From positions 2,300,192 to 2,364,191 of the forward strand of contig OZ244987.1 of NCBI GenBank assembly GCA_965223105.1: DNA of 64,000 nt, given 5' to 3'. The notes under the pieces are model-generated. The model was not told the DNA's origin. It saw only the letters and a list, made by a program, of their open reading frames with translations, and searched no databases. Shown here one piece after another: positions 1-9,221 of the stretch. A program made the position numbers and the translations under genes. This stretch comes from Saprospiraceae bacterium. GTDB taxonomy: Bacteria > Bacteroidota > Bacteroidia > Chitinophagales > Saprospiraceae. Each line of letters begins with the position of its first letter. Within the stretch, counting starts at the first letter, position 1.

Positions 1-640
1 ATTGAATGCAATTGCACCCTGGAACATATGCGTGGTGGTAAATACCTGAGACATGTTCCAGCCGCTAATGTCCTGATTAAACGAACGGGCTCCGTCAAAC
101 ATGTTGCTGGTTGCCGTTAAACTTGCCGTATTCCAATTGCCAATATCTTGATTAAAATCTGGAGCTCCGGCAAACATGTAGGTCATATTGATCACCTTAG
201 AAACATCCCAACCTCCAATATCCTGATTGAAGACGGTAGCTCTATTAAACATATGGCTCATATTGGTTACGTTGGATACGTCCCAATTGCCAATATCCTG
301 ATTGAAGGAGCGTGCGTCGTCAAACATGGACCACATGTTACTCACGTTCGAGACATCCCAATCGCCAATATCCTGGTTGAAGGAAAGGGCGCGTTGGAAC
401 ATGGATTGCATATTTCGAACCTTTGAGACATCCCATTGGCTAATGTTCTGATTAAATGCTGTAGCGTTAAAGAACATGTAATCCATCTCAACGACATTAG
501 AGACATCCCAGCTTCTAATATCCTGGTTGAAAAGTGTAGCCCCTTGAAACATATTGCGCATCAAAACTGCATTCGATACCTCCCAATGACCGATGTCGTC
601 ATTCATGGAGGAACAGTTAAAGAACATAGCACTCAGGTTA
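1..640 (-). repeat. Coding tandem repeat, ~75-bp (25-aa) unit, at least 8 copies, inside the DUF285/BspA-like gene
   Basis: Recurring ...CCAATTGCCAATATCCTGATTGAA...AAACATNT... blocks every ~75 nt on the + strand. These correspond to FNQDIGNWDVS...MF on the minus strand. Confidence 0.8.
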
Positions 641-1077
641 AGTACATCGCCCAAGTCCGGGGCATCGGTGGCATTGATCACCATATTCCTGGCATCAGGG
701 AAACCTAAGTGTGTCCAATTGCTATCTCCCCACTGTTCTACGGACAGCAACTTTCTTGAGTCACTCCAACTATTTGGGAATTGAAAGCGAAAGCCAAATC
801 CAGAGAGCCGTGATATTTCTACACGATATCTGCCTGGCTGGGGAAACGTTATGAGGATGTCCTCGTTTACGTTACTTATACTGCCATTCACTGCTGGATC
901 GGTAAGCGATTCCCAATATATGTCAATTGGATGCCTTGGGGTGTTAAGAAGTATTTGATTATCCTCTGAGATGCCAGGATTATCGGTTTGCCATATGGTG
1001 ATGAACGGTCGCTCGGACTGTGCAATAATCGACGATAAAGAAACCAGGAGGCTGATAAGGGTGCATAGTGTTTTCAT
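1..1077 (-). CDS. BspA-like / DUF285-type leucine-rich-repeat surface protein, N-terminal 359 codons (gene continues beyond the left edge)
   Basis: Own translation of the minus strand from ATG at 1077..1075 gives MKTLCTLISLLVSLSSIIAQ (signal peptide), a ~120-aa unique region, then at least 8 tandem 25-aa units of the form MF-x2-A-x2-FNQDIG-x-WDVS-x-V-x-NM-x2, the DUF285/BspA repeat signature. The frame is open to position 1, so it is absent from the ORF track. The + strand ORFs 148..426 and 436..708 are its antisense shadows. Confidence 0.8.
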   Translation of the reverse strand, partial: MKTLCTLISLLVSLSSIIAQSERPFITIWQTDNPGISEDNQILLNTPRHPIDIYWESLTDPAVNGSISNVNEDILITFPQPGRYRVEISRLSGFGFRFQFPNSWSDSRKLLSVEQWGDSNWTHLGFPDARNMVINATDAPDLGDVLNLSAMFFNCSSMNDDIGHWEVSNAVLMRNMFQGATLFNQDIRSWDVSNVVEMDYMFFNATAFNQNISQWDVSKVRNMQSMFQRALSFNQDIGDWDVSNVSNMWSMFDDARSFNQDIGNWDVSNVTNMSHMFNRATVFNQDIGGWDVSKVINMTYMFAGAPDFNQDIGNWNTASLTATSNMFDGARSFNQDISGWNMSQVFTTTHMFQGAIAFN

Positions 1078-1610
1078 GGGTATCTTTTGCACGAAAGATG
1101 CTAAGACATGCACTCAACCGCTGACATTGTGGGTTCAATTTGTAACACAGGCGTTCCAAATTGATGTGATAAGCGCTTATTTTCGTGTTCTTGATGTGGA
1201 TCAATTGGATCAGGCAGGTTAAATGGTATTTGAAATCACCTTGGTCTTTACAATATCGATAAGTAAGCAATGCCAGATGGGATTAGGCATGATTGCCTCA
1301 GGGTGACCAGCAGGACCACTAGTCTTCCAGCAGAGTAAAAATAAGTTTGTTCACAAGGCGTGCTATCAATCGTTAATTCTTTGCTTGTAAATGAAAGTAA
1401 TCAAACTACTATGCCGCCTCAATGGATGGCCTGGATTACTGAAGCCTTCAGCTCATTTAATACATAGATTGTTGATCGCCCAGCGAAAGTGCCCAATAGC
1501 TTCATCGCCAGATCATAGGAAGCTCATCGGTTTATGAATTGGGGTAATATTACATAGATTTTATCGGTTATAGAAGTATTAAACGTGGTAATGCCAACAT
1601 CAAGGAGAAT

Positions 1611-2963
1611 GTGAAAAGCAGCATTGTTTTTTTCTTGTTGACTATAATCTTAAGTACTGACCTTTATGCTCAAGGTCTTTTGCCAGGTGATTCCATTGAG
1701 TTGAATTTTACCAAATATATTGGTGCATATCCAAACCGGATGCGCTGGGGTGTTGGTCATCGTGATCGTACCGACACACTTCTTAAGAACATTCCCGAGA
1801 GCTTTGAATCCTACCAGGTATATAAGATTGATCTAGCGAGAGCACATACCAATTATTTGGTTCACCTGGCGGGAGATACGGTGTCATATCAAGAATTGGA
1901 GGAATGGATGTTTTTTGACACCACTTTTCTTACCTCTCAAGAGTACAATCATTTCGTATATGCAGTTTGTGGACTGCGGAGTGGTCAGAAAGTGATCATA
2001 TTTGATACCGACCACAATAGAGATCTTAAAGGTGAAAAGGTCTTTCAATTCTCTTATAACCGGGCAGGCATACAAGCACTTCGGAAAGCGCCTCTGGCAT
2101 TTAAGGTTGATCCACTCACCCGGATGGACCGGACTCTGGGTAATGAGTTGATGCTTAACTACGAAATGTACGATGGCGACACCATCATACGGTGCAACAT
2201 ACTGGTAGAGGTGCAATCTAATTACGCTATTTTACTCAATCCCACAATACCAAAGGATGCTAAGTGGATTGATTACCATTTTGAACTACTTACAATCGAA
2301 CATGTAAAGGCACAGGTAGAAATTATGGACAGCATCTATGAAGTTTCGCTCATCCCTAAGCGTATGACCAAATATCTAAGATGTCCCACATTCCTCAGAA
2401 ATATGAGTCACGCGCATTCACCAATAATGCGAAACTATAATGGTGGACCGATCACTGTGCAAGGATACGACGTCAGTATCTTCCCCACAGCAGATGGCGC
2501 CAGTGGGATGCTTAAGGTGAGTGAGGACTTAGCCATTTCCAAGCAACCGGCCAATATTACCCAGTATGATTATGAACTCATGGATGTAACCACTGAAACC
2601 ATTTTTGATAGCTCCCTGGTGAAACATGATCTTACCCTGCTGCATTTTTTTGGTACGTGGTGCGGTCCATGTAAGCGATACTTCCCTGAGTTGGTGGAAT
2701 TGGCACAACAGAATTCCAATCTCAACGTGGTAGGGTGCGCCTCTGAATGGAAAGTAAATTTTGAGCGATTGCAAGAGGTAAAAAACGACTACCAGCTCTA
2801 TTGGAAGGTACTGGTGGATAAATATTCTTTGCAGGACCAGAATAACTTAGCGAATCAATGGGGCATTTCCTTTTATCCTACCTACATCTTGGCAGATGGA
2901 AATGGCGATGTACTCATCAATACTACGAACCTGGACAAGATCAAAAAGTATCTTGAGGAGTGA
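1611..2963 (+). CDS. Secreted thioredoxin-fold protein (TlpA/ResA-like thiol-disulfide oxidoreductase) with a ~330-aa uncharacterised N-terminal domain
   Basis: GTG start and signal peptide MKSSIVFFLLTIILSTDLYAQ. The C-terminal ~110 aa carry LLHFFGTWCGPCKRYFPEL (WCGPC redox motif) and the ...FYPTYILADGNG... redoxin fold pattern. Confidence 0.7.
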   Translation: MKSSIVFFLLTIILSTDLYAQGLLPGDSIELNFTKYIGAYPNRMRWGVGHRDRTDTLLKNIPESFESYQVYKIDLARAHTNYLVHLAGDTVSYQELEEWMFFDTTFLTSQEYNHFVYAVCGLRSGQKVIIFDTDHNRDLKGEKVFQFSYNRAGIQALRKAPLAFKVDPLTRMDRTLGNELMLNYEMYDGDTIIRCNILVEVQSNYAILLNPTIPKDAKWIDYHFELLTIEHVKAQVEIMDSIYEVSLIPKRMTKYLRCPTFLRNMSHAHSPIMRNYNGGPITVQGYDVSIFPTADGASGMLKVSEDLAISKQPANITQYDYELMDVTTETIFDSSLVKHDLTLLHFFGTWCGPCKRYFPELVELAQQNSNLNVVGCASEWKVNFERLQEVKNDYQLYWKVLVDKYSLQDQNNLANQWGISFYPTYILADGNGDVLINTTNLDKIKKYLEE

Positions 2964-3523
2964 CGAAGTAGAAAATCCGAATATTGACAATCATTGGGGA
3001 TAGATCACAGTTTATTGAATTCGAATTACGTGTTCCACCCTGAGCCCAATCGATTGGCACTACAGTCTTTTGAAATGAAAATTCCAGAAGAAGCGTTAGA
3101 AATGTGCTGATTTTTTATCATAATTAAGATATAAGTCTGAATTATTATCGCCAAGGAAAAACTGGTAATGTGCGGCTTAAATTCTCAGATGATCTGCTTG
3201 AGATACTAAGGAAAAGTATTATCCCGCTATCTTGAACATGACGATCAGAATTGATCGCATCGGGTCCCATTGAAGCTGCTCACAGAAGTGTCCATCAACC
3301 AAGAATGAAACTCAGGCCAATATTTGTCGATCATTGGAGGTCAAGCATTTGCAAACGTTAGATGCCATAAGACAGCTGATGCTTGGCACATGACCAAGAA
3401 AGTCATCACTGTTGCCGCATTATGCTTTTCACACCCAGTGTTTAATGGGCTTTGAGGAAAAGGTAGATAATTGATTACCTTTCATGGCGATAATTTGAAT
3501 AAAATCAGCAATCCACTAGAATC

Positions 3524-5158
3524 ATGAAATGTTTTTTCTCCTTAATTCCCTGCATTATCCTGTTTTTGGGGTTTATTTCTATAATAAGTTGCACAGCACC
3601 TCCAAGCCAGTCGGATATGCAGCCTCCAGTTACGGCTCCATTTACCGATTTGGATACGTTGGCCACCAATGATTGGTGGAATCGTGGGTCAAGTGACATC
3701 ATAGATGTGAAGGTAGATCGAAATGAGACTATTGCTTTCGGTATCTATACGGTCTCCAATGGAGTTCTTAAGTTGTCGGCACAACTTTTTCCTTTATATC
3801 CCAACGAGACTAGGGAAGTTCGTTTGGAAAGAAAAGATGGTGATCAGTGGAAAGAGATCGGAGTGGAAGAGGTCAATGACCTGGGTTGGTCGGCATTGTT
3901 TCGTATAGAAGGATGGGATGATTCTCAAGATGTTCCATATCGGCTAAGGCACGGAGAAGAGGCTGTCTTCGAAGGGCTCATTCGTAAGAATCCGAAGGAC
4001 AAGAATGAAATCGTACTGGCAGCGCTATCCTGCAACAGCAATAAGGACCGTGGTGGCCGTGCCAATTATGTACGCAATATCAATCATCAAGATCCAGATC
4101 TGGTGTTCTTTGCTGGAGATCAATCCTACGATCACAAAGAGCATACGGCAGCATGGTTAAAGTTTGGGATGCAATTTCGCGACGTGTTTCGAAACCGACC
4201 TTGTGTGACAATACCCGATGATCACGATATCGGACAAGGTAATATTTGGGGTGAATACGGTAAAAAAGCAGCTACCCCTGCCGGTCCGGATGGTGGTTAT
4301 TTTTATCACCCCGAGTACGTGAAAATGGTTGAGCGTTGCCAAACTGCCCACCTGCCTGACCCCTTTGATCCGACTCCGGTGAAGCAAGGTATCGGAGTCT
4401 ATTACACAAACTTGAATATTGGTGGGGCAGATTTTGCCATCATTGAAGACCGAAAATTTAAATCTGGTCCTGAAGGAAAAATTCCCCAGCAAGGTCCGCG
4501 TCCCGACCACATACGCAACCCCGATTACGATCCGGCTTCTGTCGATGTCGAAGGACTGGAACTACTTGGCCCTCGGCAATTGCATTTTCTGCAAACTTGG
4601 GCTAAGCAAAATGGCGATGTCGTGATGCGTGCAGTATTATCGCAGACTGGTTTTTGCGGTGGTGCCCATTTACATGGCCAGAAAGACAACCGGTTGCATG
4701 CTGATATGGACAGCAACGGTTGGCCGCAAACCGGCCGAAACAAGGCGTTGCGTGCCATCAGAGATGCCAATGCTGTGCACATCGCCGGAGATCAGCACCT
4801 GGCCACCATCATCAAGCATGGTATTGATGAGTTTGACGATGGTCCTTGGGCTTTTGTCGTTCCTGCCATCGTCAATAATTACTACAGCCGCTGGTGGTGG
4901 CCCGGAAATGAACAGCCGGGAAAAAATGGCAACGACCTTCTGCCCTGGACGGGACAATATTTGGATGGATTCCATAATAAAATCACCATGCATGCTTATG
5001 CCAATCCCGACAGTCCTTCCAATGGTGCCGGCTATGGATTAATTCGATTTGACAAAAGCAACCATGAGGTGACTTTTGAATGTTGGCCAAGAAACGCAGA
5101 CCTGACCAAGGATGATGCTCAGCAATTTGTAGGGTGGCCAAAAACGGTATCGCTCTAA
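3524..5158 (+). CDS. PhoD-like metallophosphatase (alkaline phosphatase D family-like) lipoprotein
   Basis: Lipoprotein-type signal peptide (..ISIISC TAPP). Metallophosphatase blocks resemble PhoD: LSCNSN, FFAGDQSYDH, IPDDHDIGQGN, HIAGDQHLA. Assigned from motif memory only. Confidence 0.55.
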   Translation: MKCFFSLIPCIILFLGFISIISCTAPPSQSDMQPPVTAPFTDLDTLATNDWWNRGSSDIIDVKVDRNETIAFGIYTVSNGVLKLSAQLFPLYPNETREVRLERKDGDQWKEIGVEEVNDLGWSALFRIEGWDDSQDVPYRLRHGEEAVFEGLIRKNPKDKNEIVLAALSCNSNKDRGGRANYVRNINHQDPDLVFFAGDQSYDHKEHTAAWLKFGMQFRDVFRNRPCVTIPDDHDIGQGNIWGEYGKKAATPAGPDGGYFYHPEYVKMVERCQTAHLPDPFDPTPVKQGIGVYYTNLNIGGADFAIIEDRKFKSGPEGKIPQQGPRPDHIRNPDYDPASVDVEGLELLGPRQLHFLQTWAKQNGDVVMRAVLSQTGFCGGAHLHGQKDNRLHADMDSNGWPQTGRNKALRAIRDANAVHIAGDQHLATIIKHGIDEFDDGPWAFVVPAIVNNYYSRWWWPGNEQPGKNGNDLLPWTGQYLDGFHNKITMHAYANPDSPSNGAGYGLIRFDKSNHEVTFECWPRNADLTKDDAQQFVGWPKTVSL

Positions 5159-5164
5159 TACGTA

Positions 5165-5225
5165 GCGGCGAATTCATTCGCCGGTGTCAGTTATTGAAAA
5201 TCGGATCGCGGTAATTCCTGATAAC
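5165..5225. repeat. 61-bp intergenic repeat, copy 1 (contains the palindromic hairpin CGGCGAAT-TC-ATTCGCCG)
   Basis: GCGGCGAATTCATTCGCCGGTGTCAGTTATTGAAAATCGGATCGCGGTAATTCCTGATAAC aligns without gaps to 5322..5382, with about 50 of 61 identities by eye. Confidence 0.75.
5166..5183. terminator. Candidate bidirectional terminator hairpin between convergent genes
   Basis: 8-bp perfect stem (CGGCGAAT / ATTCGCCG) with a 2-nt centre, or 7 bp with a 4-nt loop. It begins 8 nt after the stop of the PhoD-like gene. There is no clear U-tract, so function is inferred from position only. Confidence 0.35.
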
Positions 5226-5321
5226 GATCGTACTAATGAAAATAGACGCCGTTCTCTTGAAAAATCATGCCGGGGGTTGAAACCGCCGCTACACCGGTAA
5301 ATTGATTCCAGGACCAATGCA

Positions 5322-5382
5322 GCGGTGAATCCATTCGCCGAAGTCAGTTATTGAAGATTTGATCGTTGTAATTTCAGATAAC
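5322..5382. repeat. 61-bp intergenic repeat, copy 2 (hairpin CGGTGAAT-CC-ATTCGCCG with one G-U pair)
   Basis: GCGGTGAATCCATTCGCCGAAGTCAGTTATTGAAGATTTGATCGTTGTAATTTCAGATAAC is a direct repeat of 5165..5225, 157 bp downstream. Confidence 0.75.
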
Positions 5383-5462
5383 TATGCATACAGAAATAAG
5401 GACAGTGCACTAGAAAACCTCAACGTTAGCTGTCCAAACTCATTTATCTCATTCGCAATAAC

Positions 5463-7331
5463 CTACCAGGCATCCAACCTAGCGGATGGAATCTGTACAG
5501 TTTCCATATTTTTTTCAGGAATAAAAGCCACCTGCCAATCTCTAGATGAATTGGCTGGAATCTGCTGTTCAAACCCGAGTAAAAGAGAGCCTGGATTGGG
5601 TGCATCGTAGTCGTTTGTTGGTTCAGTGCTCCAAATCTGCATTTGCAAATTTTCAATGCCCTGTACCTTTAAAATGAGTTTTTCTCCTCCTTGCTGAAGT
5701 ATGGCTCCTGACGAATTCAATTGTACATCAGCGGTGGTCACTACTTGCCATCTGACCTTTACGGGGAAGTCCTCCAGTGTGGTCACTTCATCGCGTACGA
5801 GAACATATTGGTCCTTTACGATGCCGGCACCTCTCGTTGCACTTTGCAATTGACCATCGTAGATTGATGTGATGTCGGAAATTGCGAAACGAAACGAGGG
5901 ATCATCGGAGTGGCGATCAATCTTGGCGTGCCCCTTAACCCTTTGTAATTTTTCATCTACCGTCAAAGTACTGTGAGAGAAGTTATTAAAGCGAAACACT
6001 GTCCATCGCTGGGCGTCCTGGGTTTTACCAAAAATCTTTAATCCTTTGGACTCCAAAGATTCATAATTTTGTACACCTAAATCCGTTGCCCATCTTATCC
6101 CGTCCGATTCCATTACAAAGGACCCGATGTCCATGTGTCCGTGATTAACGGAGGGAGAACCGGCTTTGAAGCCTAGGTAAATGGCATCGGGATCGGACCA
6201 CGACGTTCGCATTAGGGCTACTGGATTGTCTCCTTGACCAACCCACATCTTTTCGGAAGGTTCAGAAATGGATTCAATAGGAATGTTCTTGGCCCATAGT
6301 AATGCTGAGGGTAAAAGTCTCTGGCCACGAGCATATTTGTCAAAATTTGTGGCTTTCAAGAAGTTCTTCTCCATCCATAGAACTGAAGGATCACCCATTC
6401 TATTTGCAAACCAAAACATTGCTGGTTTTAAACTTCCACCTAGACGGTTATCTCCCCAATTAAAACACGATAGAGAAGGCCCCAACATGTGCTTCAAATA
6501 TTGGCTTGTTTCCAAGAAACCCGGTGTGGAAGATAAGCCAAAATCGGAACCCATAGTTTTCTCGAGTACATCAAGAAATAAGACATTCATCGTGGTACCA
6601 TAACCCCAATATCCATAACCCTCTGGATAGGCACCATCCGGTTGATAGACACTCATCGGTAATTCGATGCTTTCTATGGCCCGTTCAATGGTGTGCCTGG
6701 CCAGATCAGGATAAAGATCAGCTACTGCCAGAGCACCAAAGGTCATTCCTGCATTACATACCTGATTCCAATTGTTGGTAGACCTGACAAACCAGTTATA
6801 ATCTGGATTGTAGGATGGTTCTAGTCCTTTCGTTTTGATGGCTTCAGCGATCATGGTTTTGGAATCGATGGAAAGCTCGGCGTGAAGCCAGTCAAATCCT
6901 ATCGCCAATCCCATGGTCATTTCTGCGACATCAAGAAAATGGGAGGGATTCCAATCACTAAACCGGGCAACATCGAGCATCACCTTCTCTGCTCCATCCA
7001 AGAAGCGCATGTCTCCAGTCATTCGAAAGGCATAGGATAGGAAGTAGACCCTTCTCAAACATTCTCGGGAGACACTTAGCAATCGGCGACCGGTCAATTT
7101 ACGTTGCAATGGACTTTTAGACAAAATCTTATTTGCTTCCCTGAGTATTGCTGCATGGAGAGCTTGCCAGGTGGGATCGGATGAAATGAGGTCATTGATG
7201 AGCTCCTCATCATTATCTTGGAGCAGGAGCCTCGGATGAGGTCCATAATCGGTCGCCGGTTCCATCTCCAGTTTGTCCTTTTTGCAGGACACCAGCGAGA
7301 AGAGCAGCAGTATAAAGACTGTCAATTTCAT
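5463..7331 (-). CDS. Heparinase II/III family protein (polysaccharide lyase-like lipoprotein)
   Basis: Signal/lipobox MKLTVFILLLFSLVSC. An N-terminal alginate-lyase-like helical region (DWNPSHFLDVAEM, NNWNQVCNAG) is followed by the heparinase II/III C-terminal signature SVNHGHMDIGSFVMESDG. Confidence 0.7.
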   Translation of the reverse strand: MKLTVFILLLFSLVSCKKDKLEMEPATDYGPHPRLLLQDNDEELINDLISSDPTWQALHAAILREANKILSKSPLQRKLTGRRLLSVSRECLRRVYFLSYAFRMTGDMRFLDGAEKVMLDVARFSDWNPSHFLDVAEMTMGLAIGFDWLHAELSIDSKTMIAEAIKTKGLEPSYNPDYNWFVRSTNNWNQVCNAGMTFGALAVADLYPDLARHTIERAIESIELPMSVYQPDGAYPEGYGYWGYGTTMNVLFLDVLEKTMGSDFGLSSTPGFLETSQYLKHMLGPSLSCFNWGDNRLGGSLKPAMFWFANRMGDPSVLWMEKNFLKATNFDKYARGQRLLPSALLWAKNIPIESISEPSEKMWVGQGDNPVALMRTSWSDPDAIYLGFKAGSPSVNHGHMDIGSFVMESDGIRWATDLGVQNYESLESKGLKIFGKTQDAQRWTVFRFNNFSHSTLTVDEKLQRVKGHAKIDRHSDDPSFRFAISDITSIYDGQLQSATRGAGIVKDQYVLVRDEVTTLEDFPVKVRWQVVTTADVQLNSSGAILQQGGEKLILKVQGIENLQMQIWSTEPTNDYDAPNPGSLLLGFEQQIPANSSRDWQVAFIPEKNMETVQIPSARLDAW

Positions 7332-7524
7332 CTTAATTCATGGAATATCATAAAGATATGCTTAAAAAGCACATTGCACTTGATCGATCTTCTGCAAAAG
7401 TCGACATTTCTTAGTCAATCTATTGAAAAGTGTCAACATGCCGATCCTTTGTCCTAGTCACACATCTATGTTGTGGTCTGGAGCTCCATGTGGAGATTTG
7501 AATAGTATCCATCATTATTTTCAT

Positions 7525-8772
7525 TCAAAGGGTATTTAGCATTATTTGTATTATTTCCCTGATCATTGCAGCCGTGCCCGGCATAGTCCGGGATACCATG
7601 GGCTCGTAGCCCCCTTCAAGATAAGATTGATCAGTGCATAAGTATCCGGAGCTGCCGTTGCAATGGGTGACCATCACTGTATGCTTAAAGGGAGACGACT
7701 CCTTTACATCCATGCCAATCTCGGTCATCAGCTCACCTGAGATTCCAACCAAGATAATATGTCCCATTTGCATACAGGAAACACGTATTTCCTCGTCTTC
7801 TGCTGGTTGCAGACTCACATTGGGCATCCTTGATTCACTGCGTTTCTTTCCTTTGGCCATGAAAGTTTCTCCTAAGAATCGCAAGGTAGAGGGCGTATAC
7901 GTCTTGATCTGATCAAAGACCTTGATTGCCTCACCATTTAATGCCTGAGCAATCGCCTCGATGTCGCGAAATCTGTTATTGGGTCCGTAGATGGGGTTGA
8001 TGTCGGCCGATGCGCCAGCTGTGACAAAGGCAGGTACGCCTGTGGATTGCGCGAAATAGGCAGCCAGCATACCCGGCCAATCGCCGGTAATTTCTAGGTT
8101 TTCCTGCCCACTTACTGTGGCATGGCAGGGCCAATTGATCATAGCAGCAATCGGGTGCCCCTCCAGGTCATCGAAACGGATCACACTTAATTCTTGATCA
8201 CAAGGACCACTGGGATTCCTTCCAAGCCATATGCCACCTTCTGAATGAGTTGCCCGCCGATTGATGTTAAGGTTACAGCGGCCTTTGCCAGCACCTATTC
8301 TTGCAGGTTGAAGATTGGCCTTGGCTTCTTGTGCGGCAAACACCATTTGGTCAGCTAAAAATTGGAAATAGGTCTTTTCATCTTCCGTTGGTTGATCGAG
8401 GTACACAGAGGTGACTGGTCCTCCATGATTATGTGCGGCAGCAATCACAATATGTTCTTGGGGCGTCTGCATTCGTTCACTGATCTCAGCTCTGAGCTCA
8501 TCAACGAACTCATGCGAGAGCCCAACTACATCAGCGGAAATCAGTACTCCGGTCTGGACTTGAAGCTGGATGACGATCGCGGTACAATAAATGGAATCAT
8601 GAACTCCCGAGAATGGTTCGGTGCGGTTGCCGTAACCACTCATTCTTATGGGCTCTTGTGGCGTGATATTTCTCTGCGATACACCTGCCAAGAATGTTGT
8701 TTTGTTTTGTCCATATCCTATATTTGAGGCGGATAGTAAGATCAGTAATAAAAACTGGATTATAATGCGCAT
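7525..8772 (-). CDS. Neutral/alkaline (non-lysosomal) ceramidase N-terminal-domain family hydrolase, secreted
   Basis: Signal peptide MRIIIQFLLLILLSASNIGYGQ. The family pattern is present: ...ITPQEPIRMSGYGNRTEPFSGVHDSIYCTAIVI..., AAAHNHGGP and HCNGSSGY. Confidence 0.6.
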   Translation of the reverse strand: MRIIIQFLLLILLSASNIGYGQNKTTFLAGVSQRNITPQEPIRMSGYGNRTEPFSGVHDSIYCTAIVIQLQVQTGVLISADVVGLSHEFVDELRAEISERMQTPQEHIVIAAAHNHGGPVTSVYLDQPTEDEKTYFQFLADQMVFAAQEAKANLQPARIGAGKGRCNLNINRRATHSEGGIWLGRNPSGPCDQELSVIRFDDLEGHPIAAMINWPCHATVSGQENLEITGDWPGMLAAYFAQSTGVPAFVTAGASADINPIYGPNNRFRDIEAIAQALNGEAIKVFDQIKTYTPSTLRFLGETFMAKGKKRSESRMPNVSLQPAEDEEIRVSCMQMGHIILVGISGELMTEIGMDVKESSPFKHTVMVTHCNGSSGYLCTDQSYLEGGYEPMVSRTMPGTAAMIREIIQIMLNTL

Positions 8773-9221
8773 GCTGGAAGTTCATAAATTATTGGCACAT
8801 TTAAAATAATTAGTAGGGTTATTTCTCAAGTATTCAGATCTCATGCCCAAAGGGACCAGTAACCAAGCCACATTTTGAGCCCTATCCCTCCAATGAAGGT
8901 CAGTATTTTATCAAGCGCCAGGTACAATGTGTTCAGCAACACTAGGATCGAGTTTTGGTTCGATTGATATAACAAGCCATGGGTTTTTCGAAAAAGATGC
9001 TGTGTGGTTTTTTTCTACATTTTTTTCCACCGAAAATGTGGAAATACCTTAGTACTCTGGCTATTAAATTTTTGTAGCGAATTTCAATATGATTTTCGAT
9101 GAAGCTCAAGGCACAAAAAGTAGACTGGTGTAGTAGCCATGGCGAGTTTTTGCAACGAAAAAATTCGCGAAAAGAGCTTGAAATTGTTGCTAACATTTTA
9201 GTAGACAGAGTATGCGGGGAG

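Noticed and set aside
148-784. + strand ORFs 148..426, 436..708 and 593..784 with repetitive translations (..NILIE..KH..H..)
   Set aside because: They are antisense or alternative-frame shadows of the minus-strand DUF285/BspA-like gene. That gene's translation has a signal peptide and a well-known repeat signature.
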